Shown here one piece after another: positions 11,784 through 24,589 of a DNA stretch of 64,000 nt. The stretch spans positions 32,612,001-32,676,000 of the forward strand of contig NC_059440.1 in NCBI RefSeq assembly GCF_021028975.2, read 5' to 3'. Under the pieces are notes generated by a model, which worked only from the letters and a program-made list of their open reading frames with translations, had not been told where the DNA came from and did not search any database. The DNA comes from Sphaerodactylus townsendi. Its lineage: Eukaryota. The translations under genes and the position numbers were made by a program. The stretch's first letter is position 1, and every line of letters starts with the position of its first letter.

Positions 11784-13469
11784 GAACAACACTGACCCAT
11801 CTAACCACAGTGCCTGAAACACTAAGAGAGCTGCAAAAATGCTCAATGTTATAAGCTATTCACAGATGCGCAGGGCGGTGTGTGTGTCTGAAGCAGCCAA
11901 TCACAACTGCCACCTAGCAGTTGACGGCAGCTCCAATCATTATAATCCCAGCATGCAGCAGAAGCAGACTTTATGGCCAGATGGGAAAGGGCCGTGACTC
12001 AGTTTCTTCCCATCTAAGCTGGGAATGATAAATAGCATCACATGGGAAGTGTATGAAAATAATGAGAGAGAAAGCTTACTGCAGATCAAAGAAACCCCAA
12101 CAATGGGCATTTCACTGTTTGCTTGAAGCCTGGATTCCCTTCGCCTCTGTTATCTGCCCCTCTCTTCGTCCCTGTTGCAGCTCTCTCTGCCCTCACACCC
12201 CTCTCAAAATATAAGCTCCTCGGACAAAAGGAACTGCCTTTTCTATTCCCACTTAGCAGAGTCCTAAACATACTGGTGATATACAAACAATAACTGGGCA
12301 AAAAGAGAACAGTCCATGTATTACAGAAGAGAAGAATTGTATTCCTAAAACAATACTCAGCCATAGGACAGTCACATAGATTATTCTGCATTCCAGTGCA
12401 AACTTTTCAGCTTCATAAGACGCATTTTTATCCAGCTTTTCAGCCAAAAATGGGCTCCCAGGAATTTAAAAAAAACTAATAAAGATTACCAGATTGCTGA
12501 GGAACTCCTCTTTGCTGCAGAGAGTTTAGGATGTACAGTGGTCTGGTGGACCTCACCCATGCTCTGCATGAGCCAAACATGTGTACTAAACTCTTGATCA
12601 ACGGTCCCTTTCTGAAGCAGGCAGCAGTAGAGAAGCTATCTTTGAGGGAAGCTCATTTAATGGCCTTCTCAGAGAAGAACTCCTAAGAAACAAACAAGTC
12701 CTCCCAGAGCACAGTGCTATGCAGTACATAAGCTCTCAGCCCAGACACTGGTAGAAATACAGTACCTTAAATGAAACAGTGAATTAAACTATCAATAAAG
12801 TAGACTTTGCATGGTACTGGTTTTGCTTTACCAACCCTTTCTTGGCTCTCTACACTCAGCAATGTGAAATGGGACTCTCAGGGCATAAGGAGGAACTGCA
12901 GGGATTCTACTGCAATCGTGAATAGGTATACTCGGCTGTTTCTCGCTTTGCAAAATAAAGGTCAGTTTGTGAATTCCAGCAGGGCTTCTTCTCCCCCCCC
13001 CCCCCCCCCCCAAAAAAAACCCCGTTGCCCTGGACTGTGGCCATTCGAGAAGCAAAGCCCCGGCACCTTCTGCAATGAGAGATCCACTTCCTGTTAAAAT
13101 GGCTATATGTTTTCATAATGTTGCCCTACCACAGCGTCTGCACTGCAGGACAGCCCGGCTACATCTGATGTGCTGTTATTTCACACTGGGCATGTCACTG
13201 CCAGCCAGAGTCAGTGAAAATCTACTGCTGCTGCCTTGGTGACGGGCTGTGGCTCAGCAGTAGAGAACCTACCTGCCTTGAAGGCAGAAAGTGCTGGGTG
13301 CACTCCCTGGGAACTCCCACTAAAAGGTCTCAGGTAGGATATCTTGAGAAAAGCCTCCTTCTGCCTGAAATCCCTGAGAGCTGCTGTCAGTCAAAGCAGA
13401 GGAAACTCAGCTAAGTGGACCAGTGATGGCAACAGTTTAAGGCAGTTTTCTGTTTCCCTACATATATAT

Positions 13470-13842
13470 CAGTGGTGGCGAACCTTTGGCACTCCAGATG
13501 TTATGGACTACATTTTAATGACTACTACTCGGTTTTAAACTTTGTATTAACCGCTGTTTTAAATGGGGATCTAGTAATTTATTTATATTGGAATCTAATT
13601 GTTTAGTTTGATTGTATTTAGCTGAATTATGATTTAACTTTGTTGTACGCCGCCCAGAGCCCTTCGGGGATAGGGCGGGATATAAAACTAAATAATAAAT
13701 AAATAAATAGATAAATAGATAGATAGATAAATAAATAAAAATTCCCATCAGCCCCTGCCAACATGGCCAATTGACCATGCTGGCAGGGGCTGATGGGAAT
13801 TGTAGTCCATAACATCTGGAGTGCCAAAGGTTCACCACCACG
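13470..13842. mobile_element. hAT MITE (TIR CAGTGGTGGCGAACC) interrupted by a LINE 3'-tail insertion (13513-13740)
   Basis: The left arm ends ...GGACTACA at 13512 and resumes ATTCCCATC at 13741. The insert ends in (AAAT/AGAT)n. Confidence 0.8.
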
Positions 13843-14658
13843 GATATATATATGCTCAAATACAAAAAAGCAAGCAGTGTTACACCCTTTAAAAATTGCT
13901 TTTCCTGCCTATCCACAAAGACACCTTGATGTCTTTTCTTTTGTTCTCTAAAGGAGAACAGTGGGAAATTCTTATCCAGCTCAAAAAGCCCTTACCTGCT
14001 CGTTTGGCAATTTGTAACTTGCCACCGGCAAGGAGCTATTAAGAAAACTGATAGTTAAAAACAAATACTAAAAAGTGAGATCTGACCCAAGGGACGACAA
14101 AAAATAAGCCTGCTAAGTAGTTGGGTTTCTTTTTTTAAAAAAGCCAAGTTATGTTGGTAGGGTCTTGCAGTAACTTCAAAGCAGCGCTTTAGGAGGTCAG
14201 GACCTTGTCAGAAATTGAATTCTACCCTTGATGACACAGCATTTCTGACGCTTGTAATGTGCACTGACAATTATCTAATCTAGTTTACATGGAACGGGCA
14301 GACCTACGATCCATAGTGAATTACCTATTTGGATGTAAGAGTAAGAAGAAGTAGAACTATTTTTTCCAGAAGACACTAATATTTTCCCAAACTCAAAGTC
14401 CCTTCCCCTTTAAGCACTGCCACTAATCCTTCTCAGTGTCTGATGGGAACTGTAGTCCTCCTTCCCAGGACATTTTGAAATCACTGGGGTGTATTTGTGT
14501 GTAGATATTATTGCAACATCGAAGGATTGCTAAATTGTTCTCTACAAACCAGACAACACAACTGTTAGGGTATTTTAGAATATACTCAATGACTTTGCAA
14601 TAAAAGTAGCAGTTATGACTAAATGGTCATCAGAAACAAGTCTTTCGCACAAGCAAAT

Positions 14659-14780
14659 TTCTACATAACAGAATCTACATTTCTACATAACAGAATCGAA
14701 AAAGATCACCTTTCTACATAACATTCTACATAACAGAATTCTACATTTCTACCTAACAGAATCGAAAAAGATCACCTTTC
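14659..14780. repeat. Compound tandem duplication (TTCTACATAACAGAATC... units)
   Basis: Direct repeats visible; GAATCGAAAAAGATCACCTTTC occurs twice. Confidence 0.8.
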
Positions 14781-14999
14781 ACAGCTCCCCACATGAATAA
14801 GTGTGTGTGTACTCAGTCTAACAATTTTCATGCTCTGAATTAAAACAGAGGTCTTACACAACCACCCAAATTCTGTGCACATATAACGATCTCATCAAAG
14901 TTGTTCTATTATGACAATATTTATACTGCTTATTCTAACGTCAAGCCACCAGTCAGAGAATTTCTTCTAGTAATGCTCTATAAAGCCAATTTGCTCTGA

Positions 15000-15175
15000 C
15001 CTGGATGGCCCATGCTAAGCTGATCTTGTCAGATCTCCAAAGCTAAGCAGGATTGGCCCTCATCAGTCCTTGGATGGGAGACCAGATGCAGAGGCAGGCA
15101 ATGGCAAACCACCTCCGAAAATCTCTTTCCTTGAAAACCCCACAAGGCCCTAATAAGTCAGCATTAACTGGAGGG
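15000..15175 (+). mobile_element. 5S rRNA-derived SINE fragment, followed by a half MITE (15188-15272)
   Basis: GATCTTGTCAGATCTCCAAAGCTAAGCAGG...TTGGATGGGAGACC resembles the 5S internal promoter. Related copies near 1170-1305 and 37265-37560. Confidence 0.6.
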
Positions 15176-18100
15176 CACCTTCTACCTCAGGGGTCTGCAA
15201 CCTGTGGCTCTCCAGATGTTCATGGACTACAATTCCCACCAGCCCATGCCAGAATGGCCAATTGGCCATGCTGTATGCTAGTCTGAGCCTGTATAGGGGA
15301 AGGCGGCCTATAACCCAAATAAAATAAAACAAAGGGCTCCTTGGATGATAAACGGGATGCAACTCTGTGTGCGTGTGCCACCAAGTTACAGCTGACTTAT
15401 GGCGACTCATAGGGTTTTCCAGCTGAGAGATATTTGGAGGTTGTCTGCCATTATCTGTTTCTTAACTATTTACTATACCACACTGCAATACATCTATAGC
15501 AGGTACATCCTTCCTTGGAACAGATGAAACCCTAAGCCTATGGAAGGCACATTAAGGTCTTCCATACACCACATAAGGCTTTGCACCCCATATCTCATCT
15601 CATTTGATGCACAGCATCACATGGTAAGAAAATAACAAGATTACTTACCACCCTGATTGAACACACACAAAAAGCCTAGGCTGAGTAGCTAAGGCTTTCT
15701 CACTTCCTTGTGATCTCTTCCAGCTCTTATGATTCTATACCTTCTGATCACAACGGAGGGGCAAGGGGTAGTAGATTCCTTGCCCCTTCCATCACACAAT
15801 ACTGACTCTGGAAAAACATTGAAGAAGGCTCATTTCTGGCACTGACGGCGGCTTTTTAAAATGTGTTAACCCTCTAGATGGGATAACTGGAATAAAGTTT
15901 CTGCTTGCCACTTGTGGCCATTATTTTTGGGTTTCTGCAAAATCTTCTGCTTAAGGAATATGTTGTCCAGTTTACAGAACTGTGTTCCTACATTTAAGAA
16001 GAACACACCCTTTTGTCATGCTTTCTACAGCCTATTTGAGAGACAGCAGTGATACTTTGAAACAGGTTTTTGAAGGATCACAAACATAATACAGATCCAT
16101 GTGACAATTTCCTCACCTCTTACTTGCTTTGCTTAACCGTAGTTTGCTGTGACGTTCAGATTATGGCTGGCACTAGCATGGCCTCATTGGTTTGGCCAAT
16201 GTCAACTCTGCAGCATATTAACATAGCACCTTGACTGAGTAAAACCTCATGAGCAGCTCATTTGAATTACTGCTTGCAAGGGAAAAGTCCTCTTATTTAT
16301 TTAAGACATCTGATATACCTCACAGAACTCAAGGCAGCTTACAATGTAAATAAGACAATGATTAAAAAATAGATAAAAATCACAAAATTTCCAATTAAGA
16401 ATGCCACTAAATAAAAAGTAAATTAGTCAAATGCAGTCCTAAATAAAACAGTCTTGTAACTGCCTCCTGAAGACATATAAGATTTGCTGCCAAGCTATTA
16501 GAGAATACGTGCCCATGTCTGGAGACTCAGTTTATAAGATAGAACATGCTTCCAGCTAATAACTAATTTTTTTCTCTCAAAGATCTCCAAGTCTTCAGGA
16601 AAAATGTGAAGAGCTTTCTGTTTAATTATTAGTCTGTGTTGTTGGCTCTGCCTTCTCTGCACACTCCCATCCCCATTTGTCCTCATATCAACCCCCTAAG
16701 GAAAGTTAGGCTGAAGGCTTGTGACTGCCCCAAGGTCGCCTAGAGAGCAGCAAGGCTGAGGGGGAGATTGCAATGTGAGATTGCTCTGAATTTGTGAATG
16801 AATAATTCATCAATGAATAGGGACACAGGTACAAATAAGAGTAGAGATCCCTGAGGCCATAGTCCCAATCAGAATGTGTGAGGGGCATTGCAAAGAAGGG
16901 AGTCAGGATGCAAAGGTACAGAACAAAATGTAGCCTCCTTAGAGGCAGGGAATACTGAAAATCAGTATCTGTATACAGAAAGGGAGCTATACCTCTGGAA
17001 AGCTTATATCTTGGAAAACTTTTGGGACTTCAAGGACACACTGGACTTGACTCTTGATATCCTACCTGCTATGATAGCTCTAGAAAACATAATGAAGCCA
17101 ATAACTTAGCACAAATTGTTGTGCTATCTGCCCCTAGATGCAAACACAGTTCAAAGTCTGCAACAAATCAAACTTCAAAAGCAACTGATCAGATTATTCT
17201 GAATGCTTTTACAGCCAACACTGTCTGCTCACAGATTTATATTCACACACACACACAAAAACCCACTGGAATTGTGGAGGAAAAAAATGAGAGGTAAGGA
17301 GAGACTGGAATTCAGCAACACTGAAACACTGCCACATGTTGACAAATGGATTTCGGTCATTAAAATTACAAACATTCAGAAGTGCCTAACTTCTAAAAGG
17401 ATAAACAATACACACTCTGAATAATATGCAGGATATCCTCTTAGTAAGACAGGAAATACACTCAGTCAACCTCATCACTATAGTATCCAAGCGCCTCCCA
17501 AGGATTCTATAAGCAACAATATTTACCTGACACATTGAGGTCACTGGTGTACATAAAAATATTGTCACTTAGAACAAGAGAGAAACCTGAACCTAACACT
17601 AGGTGCTTACTATGTAAACAAAGACCTCAAAGGAAGGTATGCCATAACGGCAGCCACAGTAATCTCCCTTGAACAGAAGCATCTGCCCAGTAGAAGAAAT
17701 GTTCCTCAACATCGGTGAACATGATGGTAAAGTTCAGACATCTCAGCAGGTCTGCTTACAATATGAACTTGAAGGGAGGGGAGGAATAAACTGCTCTATT
17801 CAAGTAACAACTATTACTTGAAAACACAAAAGAGAACACAATTATCCATGGTGGGGGGTGGGGGAAGAGTCCCCACCCTTTAGATAATTGTAAACTTTTG
17901 TGCAGTAGGCTGAAGTGTGTTTAAAAAGAAAAGAAAAACAGCAATAAACAAGACAGGGAGATCCTAACACTAGTGCTTTTTTTCTAAGTCGCAAAACATG
18001 ATCTAAACACCCACAGCAATGTATATAAATGTGTTACTTAAAGACATAGCTGTGATGTTAAAAATCTCTCTCTAGTACAAAGCCTCTTCCATGGAGCCAG

Positions 18101-18185
18101 TCACCTGTAATGCATATTTAAGCGTTCAGCCTCCCACATCACCCTCCTCCCATCCTAGACAAAAAAGAAGAAGCCCCAAACCTAC

Positions 18186-18209
18186 CTCATCAGCGCTCAG
18201 CTCCTCCAT
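18186..18209 (-). CDS. UBE4B: UBE4B coding exon 1 (ubiquitination factor E4B): MEELSADE
   Basis: acaATGGAGGAGCTGAGCGCTGATGAG|gtagg. Phase 0 joins exon 2 to give the known N-terminus [17 protein letters not shown]. Confidence 0.93.
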
Positions 18210-19149
18210 TGTTTTCCTCTTAATGGTGAAAAGAGGTTGGGGAAAGGGGTGGCTCTGTAAGTCTCTTGAGGGCTGTTCTTTCAGGAAGCAGACTTCTAGG
18301 GAATTCCTGTCCTGCTGCCTAATTCCTTAGGGGTATCTCAAAATTGCATAGTCGGAGGTTAAGAGTAACAGCACAGAACGCTCCCCCCTTGCACACTCAA
18401 CTTCCTTTGCTCCACCTGTTCAACAAGAGAGCCTCACACTCACAAACACCTCTGAGCCAACCTGCTCTCAAAACCTGAACCTTCCGGTATTTCCCTCTCC
18501 CGGTCCCTTAGCTGCCTCTCCTTCCACAAGGCACCCCAAAAGCAGCTCTATGGATCCCAGCTCTTTTTTTTTTAGCCTCTGAAGGCAGTTGCCCCTCAAA
18601 GCCTACCCCAGGCCACCTCCTCTACTATAGAGCACAAAAGTTGTCTCCACTGTAGCTCCTACCTCTACCAGCTTCCTGTATACCCGTTGGCTTACTGTCT
18701 CCCCTAAACTACCCTAAAGTCACAAGGTTGGCACAAGGTTCCTCTGTACCCCAAGACCTCTCTCTTTACTGTAGCCTGTAGACCCCAAGCCCCCAAAGGC
18801 GTCACACTTCGTATTCCAGACCCCCCACGGCTTGCTGCCTCGTGTGTTCCCCAAATGCAGGCTGCCTTCCGTGTAACTCACAATCCCTATTGCTCCCATA
18901 GACGTATACATGGACCCCACTCCCTTACCCTAAAGCCCCAGCGGCCTGCTGGCCCCGGTATACTCATATATACGAACTACAGTGCCTGCTGCCAAGGACG
19001 TTACACAAGCCGCCCGTGCCGGAGCCACAACTTATCCCCTGCCCCCTGACTGGCACCCTCGGTCACCCTACAGCTTCTAGGTTCCCCTCTGAAGTCCTGC
19101 AGGAAGAGAAGGGCAAGAGCACAGCCCAGCCCCTGCTCCGAGCCTCTCG

Positions 19150-19800
19150 ATGCCACCAACAGAGCCCCTGAGGCTGCGCCCCTTCCCCAGCTGCTGCTGC
19201 TCCTGCCACCCCACACAGAGATTATTCATCAAAACAAGAAGGCGGCGGCAGTGGCCATCTTGCCTCGGATCACGTGACACCCTCCTCCGTCTCCGCCTCC
19301 TCCCCGCTTTGCCTACGACCCGCCGAACGTGCCCCCACCGCCAACGCGCACGCGCGCGGAGCGGTGGCCAATGGGGAAGCGAGGGGCGGGAAGTCCTTTC
19401 CCTCTCCGCCATCGCTCCCGCCCCCAAACCCACGCGCAGCCAGACCCCCCCTCCACAGAGGGCGCGCGCTCGAGCGGCGGCCAATGGGCGAGCCGAGGGG
19501 GTGGGACCGGCCCAACGCGAAGCCAGAGCTGGATAGGCACACGCGTGCGAGCGCGCGCGCTCGGGGCGGCCAATAGCGCCGAGGGGGTGGACGTGACGTG
19601 CCCCTTTCGTTTCCCGCCCTCATCCCGCTTTCCAAATGCTGCTGTACAAAGCTTTGCTGAAGCGGTGGGGGGTGAGGAGAGTCAGGCGGGAGGAGGGGCT
19701 TATGGCCAGCGCCATAGCAACAGGGGCAGGGCAAGACCTGTCACGAGGCGGGGAGAAGCGGGAAAAAGGGCGCGGGGGGGAGGGCTCTTCGTTTGAGGCG
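19150..19800 (-). promoter_or_regulatory. UBE4B CpG-island promoter
   Basis: Dense CpG/GC content. CCAAT boxes at 19368, 19481 and 19570, GC boxes, E-box TCACGTGAC 19270-19278, YY1-like GCCATCTT near 19254-19261, E2F-like TTTCCCGC near 19610. Confidence 0.85.
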
Positions 19801-19984
19801 ATTTTGACAGAATCCTCAGTGGTGCCCACAGGCTCAAAAAGCTTGAGGACCCCCGTTGTAGATGATTCATACACACTTCATACTAGACACCATCTTACAA
19901 GAGACACCCCCACACCTTGTATGGTGTGGGATTGTACCCAGGGACTGTACCCTGCTGAAGTCCCTCCTCAAGCTTACCCTTTAA

Positions 19985-20160
19985 ACTGGTTGATGTGGCT
20001 CTGGTGGGTTTTCCAGGCTGTGTGGCCGTGGTCTGGTGGTTCCACCAGACCACGGCCACACAGCCCAGAAAACCCACCAGAACCAGTAGAATCCGGCCGT
20101 GAAAGCCTTCGATTGGTTGGTTGTGGGTTTTCTGGGCTGAGTGGCTGTGGTCAGGTGCCG
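19985..20160. mobile_element. Penelope-like element fragments in alternating orientation
   Basis: GTGGGTTTTCCAGGCTGTGTGGCCGTGG and its reverse complement, shared with 20950, 22540 and 62360. Confidence 0.6.
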
Positions 20161-20949
20161 GATTTCCTGCGTGGAAGAGCGGGTCAGACTAAATGACCTC
20201 AAAGGTGCCCTCCAGATGGAAGATCCTTGCTGGTGCGTGGGCCTTTCTGATGGACCACACAACAGCAAGGATTACTCTTAGCTACCTGCCCAGCTCACTT
20301 GCTTCTGGAGGCTGCGGTGTGCCCGCTAGCTGCACGACAATGTTGTGGTAGAGAAAAAGTAATGCTGATTGGCTCTCCCTGCCCACACACACAAACCACT
20401 TGCCTATCTAAGTACCAACCTGCTGCCTGTCAGTGGAGATCCCCAGGAAGATGTGGGGTGCAAGAGACTGGGTCTTAATAGTTTTATTGGTGGAAGCAAA
20501 TGTTTACATTGAGAGAAAGCCGTTCTGTGTAGTTGAAATGTTTGTGAAGATTCTATAGGGGTTCAGGAGCTCAGCCAGTAGCTGGAGAGGTCTCATTTTA
20601 CTAAAGGACGTACAGAACTCTTACAGTCAAAGTAGCAGGATTTTAAAGGTTGTAAGCGTCCTTTAGTTCATTAGTTACCTGTAACTTAACTTTTATTTAT
20701 TTGATTTTTGTTATAAAATGAGAGAGCTACTCTTTCCAGCAAAACTATGTTGATAGAACGCCTCCATTTCTTAATTAAAAGTCCTAAAATATTATGCAAA
20801 GGAGACATGAAGATGGATCTGTTACTCTCTCCCCCTGCCTCAAGGCTACTGGTGCCTGTAACGCTAGCCTGTACGCAAGGCTACTGGTGACTGACACAAC
20901 CTTTTTCTTTAAAAAAAAAAAGAGGAAAGTAAATGAAATGTTTAACTTT

Positions 20950-21170
20950 ATTGGTTGTTGTGGGTTTTCCAGTCTGTGTGGCCGTGGTCAGGTGGATTTT
21001 GTTCCTAATGTTTCACCTGCACCTGTGGCTGGCATCTTCAGAGGTGCATCTGAAGATGCCAGCCAGCCACAGATGCAGGTGAAACGTTAGGAACAAGATC
21101 TACCAGATCACGGCCACTCAGCCCGGAAAACCCACAACAACCAGTTGAATCCGGCCGTGAAACACTTCAA
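20950..21170. mobile_element. Penelope-like inverted-repeat (palindromic) fragment
   Basis: About 95-bp arms centred near 21045, containing CTGAAGATGCCAGCC...GAAACGTT. Confidence 0.7.
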
Positions 21171-21976
21171 CAATACATTACCCTTTAAAATTTCCAGGTA
21201 TTTTCTAACCCAGAGCTTGCAGCCCTATCAAATGCTTTGGACTTATCAAATACTGGTAACCTCAATTATTTAGCTTATTGCATTACAGCACCCTTTGCAG
21301 GCAAATTGGAGCCTGGTATCTGGATTGGTCTTGTTTACCTGATAGAAAATCCCATTTTAAAAGGCCATATTAGCCTTTTGAAGGAGAGTCTCCTTTTCCA
21401 ATTGCAATCAGTTCTGAATACAGAGAAGAGTTATCCCATCTCCCGTCACACTGAAGCAATGGAGACCAGAAGCATCTTGTCTGTTGGTGAATTAGACTGC
21501 TGCCTTGTCATTTTTATTAGAAAAACTGGCCTGCCTGCACTAATAGAATTTCCACACAGGAAAAAATATGCCAAATCTTTTTTTGTGTGTGTAACTGAAG
21601 TGCCATCTAGTGGATGACATGGTATAACTACTATCATCTTACTCCCCTGAAAAACGTGTTTAATCCTTCCTCTGAAGACCTCAAAATAGTTTGAGTGATT
21701 CTTCACCCCTGTAAGTTTCCAGTCTTGTTGGTTTGCTACAACCAACATAATTGGTACAGTGCTGTAAAATGTTAAGCAATGTGTTACATCAGGACCTTTG
21801 TTGATTCAAAGCCTCCTGGAACAAGGACATTTAATCTGAATTTCTCTCCTCAAATCTCTTTCACTCCTTTGATCATTTAAGCAACACCTTGCTAACCTAG
21901 CAGAGATTAATATGAACAGCCTTGGAAGCCTGAAAAAGGATCTATCTACACTCAAGTTGCATTACCAAAGGTTATC

Positions 21977-21982
21977 TTTAAT
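21977..21982 (-). terminator. Candidate RBP7 polyadenylation signal (ATTAAA)
   Basis: ATTAAA on the minus strand about 165 nt after the RBP7 stop. Usage unverified. Confidence 0.5.
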
Positions 21983-22146
21983 AAGTGCTGTTAATAGTTA
22001 CAGCTTTTTGCTTTGAAGATCCATAGGAAAATACAGTCAACAAGACACTTGAAAGCTGCCATTCTGATCTGCTTCGGAGCACCTGTGCATTCACACTTTT
22101 ACAAAGTTGTAGAGTTGTCTGCCATGTTACATCTCTGGAATTGGCT

Positions 22147-22197
22147 TCATGCTCTCTTGAAAATCTGCATGCTGACTTGGTCTTCACACCGGAGTTC
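22147..22197 (-). CDS. RBP7: RBP7 exon 4: ELRCEDQVSMQIFKRA*
   Basis: 51 nt, ctttatag acceptor, TGA stop. Completes the 73+179+102+51 = 405 nt CDS (134 aa). Confidence 0.93.
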   Translation of the reverse strand, partial: ELRCEDQVSMQIFKRA

Positions 22198-22539
22198 CTA
22201 TAAAGGAAGGCACATTAATATTTCATCATCTGCTACTTGGATTAGACCGTGACATCACAGTGCTTGGGAGGGAGCTTGTGGCTTAGAGACGGAGCTCCTG
22301 CTTTGCATGCAGATTCAGTCCCCAGTGAAAGGATCTCTGGTAGAGAGTGTTTGCCAAGATGACATCATAGGAAGGCTGCAGCCAGACAGCATAGGAAGAA
22401 TCACCAATGGTCAATTTAATAGTACAAGGCAGCTACATACATCCACATGACTAGCGGGTATTCTAGGTGGGCTGTCTCTCTCTAGACATAACTAATTTAA
22501 ATAATTAGTTTGATTACTCTCCAGGCACACACAGTTTAC

Positions 22540-22740
22540 TGGCTATTGTGGGCTTTCCAGACTGTGTGGCTGCAGCCTAGTAGTTTTTGCTCTTAGGGTT
22601 TCACCCACATCTATGGTACCCCACCATGACATGCCTCTGAAGATGCCAGCCATAGATGCAGGTGAATTGTTAGTAGAAAAAAAAACTACCAGGCCATGGC
22701 CACACAGCCAGTTGATTCAGTCTGTGAAAGCCTTTAACTA
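22540..22740. mobile_element. Penelope-like palindromic fragment (RBP7 intron 3)
   Basis: Same family as 20950-21170. Confidence 0.6.
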
Positions 22741-23054
22741 AACACACGGTTCATTTGAAGATTCAGATGAAAATGTTCTAAGAGCTGTCATTCAAAACAA
22801 ATCTCAATGGAAGATGAGTTTTTAAAACATAAAAAAGAATCAGAAGCCATTGTCAATGGGATCCTCTAATCAGCGTTATTTCCTGCGGGTTATGGCAACC
22901 AAGATACAGACCCTTAATGCAGCCTAAACTCTGTTGTACAGCAGGGATGGCAGAAATGATAGAAAGTGGCCGAAGTTAGTTGGGGTCAGAAGCAAATCTG
23001 GGGCAGAACATTCCTTCTGGACAGTCAGTGGCTTTGCTACTCAGTATTACATAC

Positions 23055-23156
23055 CAAATACAGTTCATCTCCTTCAATCCAATGACTCCATCCTCTGTTT
23101 TTCTTCTCTCCCGTTTGGACACAGACGAGTTTGTCACTGTCCCAAGAAACCACACT
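23055..23156 (-). CDS. RBP7: RBP7 exon 3: [34 protein letters not shown]
   Basis: 102 nt, AG acceptor and GTATGT donor. His in GWSHW, rather than the Gln108 of RBP1/RBP2, fits RBP7. Confidence 0.95.
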
Positions 23157-23442
23157 CTGCATTTGAAGAGAGAACAGCATCAACATGTTGCTTCTCACAG
23201 CGTCTGTGTTCCGAGTTAGACATCTCTCCCTGCGCTTCCATCCTGTCTTGAAAACCCTATCCTCTAAACTCAGTTTTAAATTTTGAACTCCCATCGCAAC
23301 TTACAATGCAACTGGAAAACATCCATAGCAAAGTTAACTAAAAAAAGAAACTGCAGCTCAGTCAGCCAACTCAGATATCGCCAGTCAATATCCACAAATG
23401 ACAGGGAATCATCAAGCTACAAAGAGTTTGAATCCGTAAAGG

Positions 23443-23720
23443 AGGAGAAGAGTTTGAATTTATACCACCCCCTTTCTCTTCCATAAGGAGACTCAAAGGG
23501 GCTTACAAACTCCTTTCCCTTCCTCTTGCCACAACAGACACCTCGTGAGGCAAGTGGGGCACAGAGAGTTCTGAACGAACTGTGACTAGCCCAAGGTCAA
23601 CCAGAAAGAATGTAGAAATGCAGAAACAAATGTGATTCATCTGATGTGAGTCTGCCGCTCACGTGGGGGAGTGGAGAAAAACCTGGTTCTCTGGTCCACC
23701 TGCTCTTAACCACTACACCA
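23443..23720 (-). mobile_element. Squam3-like SINE, diverged
   Basis: AAGAGTTTGAATTTATACC...TGTGACTAGCCCAAGGTCA...CTCTTAACCACTACACC. Confidence 0.7.
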
Positions 23721-24589
23721 GTTGGCTCTCTAAATAAAGAATTAAAACATATGCTGGAAAATCAATGAAGAAGCCCTTCTCCTGATACAACTACCAGGTG
23801 CCTTTCCACTGTCAGGGTTCTATAACCAAGAGCACCCCATTCTCGGTAGCCCTCCATTTAACTTTTGAAAGAGTTAATATTTTAAAATTTCAGCCAGGTT
23901 CGTGTAAGAACAGGTGGTCACTGGCTGTACTTCCTTAACTCCTTTGCTCTTAACAGCTGCAGAGCAAACCAAGATTTAACTTGCAAGTCTTCTTTGTAGC
24001 AGCAGTATTTCATTTGGGTAGTAGGAAATACCCTTACCTGTTGAGGAAGCTGACACAGGGGCCTCACCTGATAAATGCTAGGGGAGGGGCTGTGGGTCAG
24101 TGGCAAAGCATTTACTTGGTGTACAGAAGCCCCCCCCCCCCCCCCCGGTTCAATTTTCAGCATTTCCAGTGAGAAGGAACAGGTGGAAAGTGATATGAAA
24201 GACCTCTACCTGAAATCCTGGAAAGCCATTGCCACTTTGAGTGGACAGTACTGGTGGACCAGCAGTGGACCACCTGGTGGACCAGCGGTCTGATTCAGTA
24301 TAAGGTAGTTTCATGAGTTCATGTCCAGTATCTCTGGATATGAGGGCTGCTAATGGCTGCCACATTTTCCTCAATAATCAAGGGCTCGCTATGCCATATC
24401 ACACAGTGGATCAAGCTGTGGAATATCCCTATTCCTGATGTAGCTATGCAATACATATCATATTCATACACACGGACCAAGGACGGTGTGGTCGTTGGTG
24501 AACTGACACCACATTTAATGCTATCAAGAAGGGGAGTGAGAGTCTGTGTAATTCAACCTGCATGATTTTACCTTCCATTGGCCTCTCAC

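Noticed and set aside
15000-15085. 5S rRNA gene
   Set aside because: Degenerate partial match fused to SINE body, with no intact 120-nt gene or T-run terminator.
19001-20268. Cluster of long overlapping ORFs (up to 186 aa)
   Set aside because: GC-rich CpG island and Penelope repeats deplete stop codons. The translations are low-complexity with no splice support.
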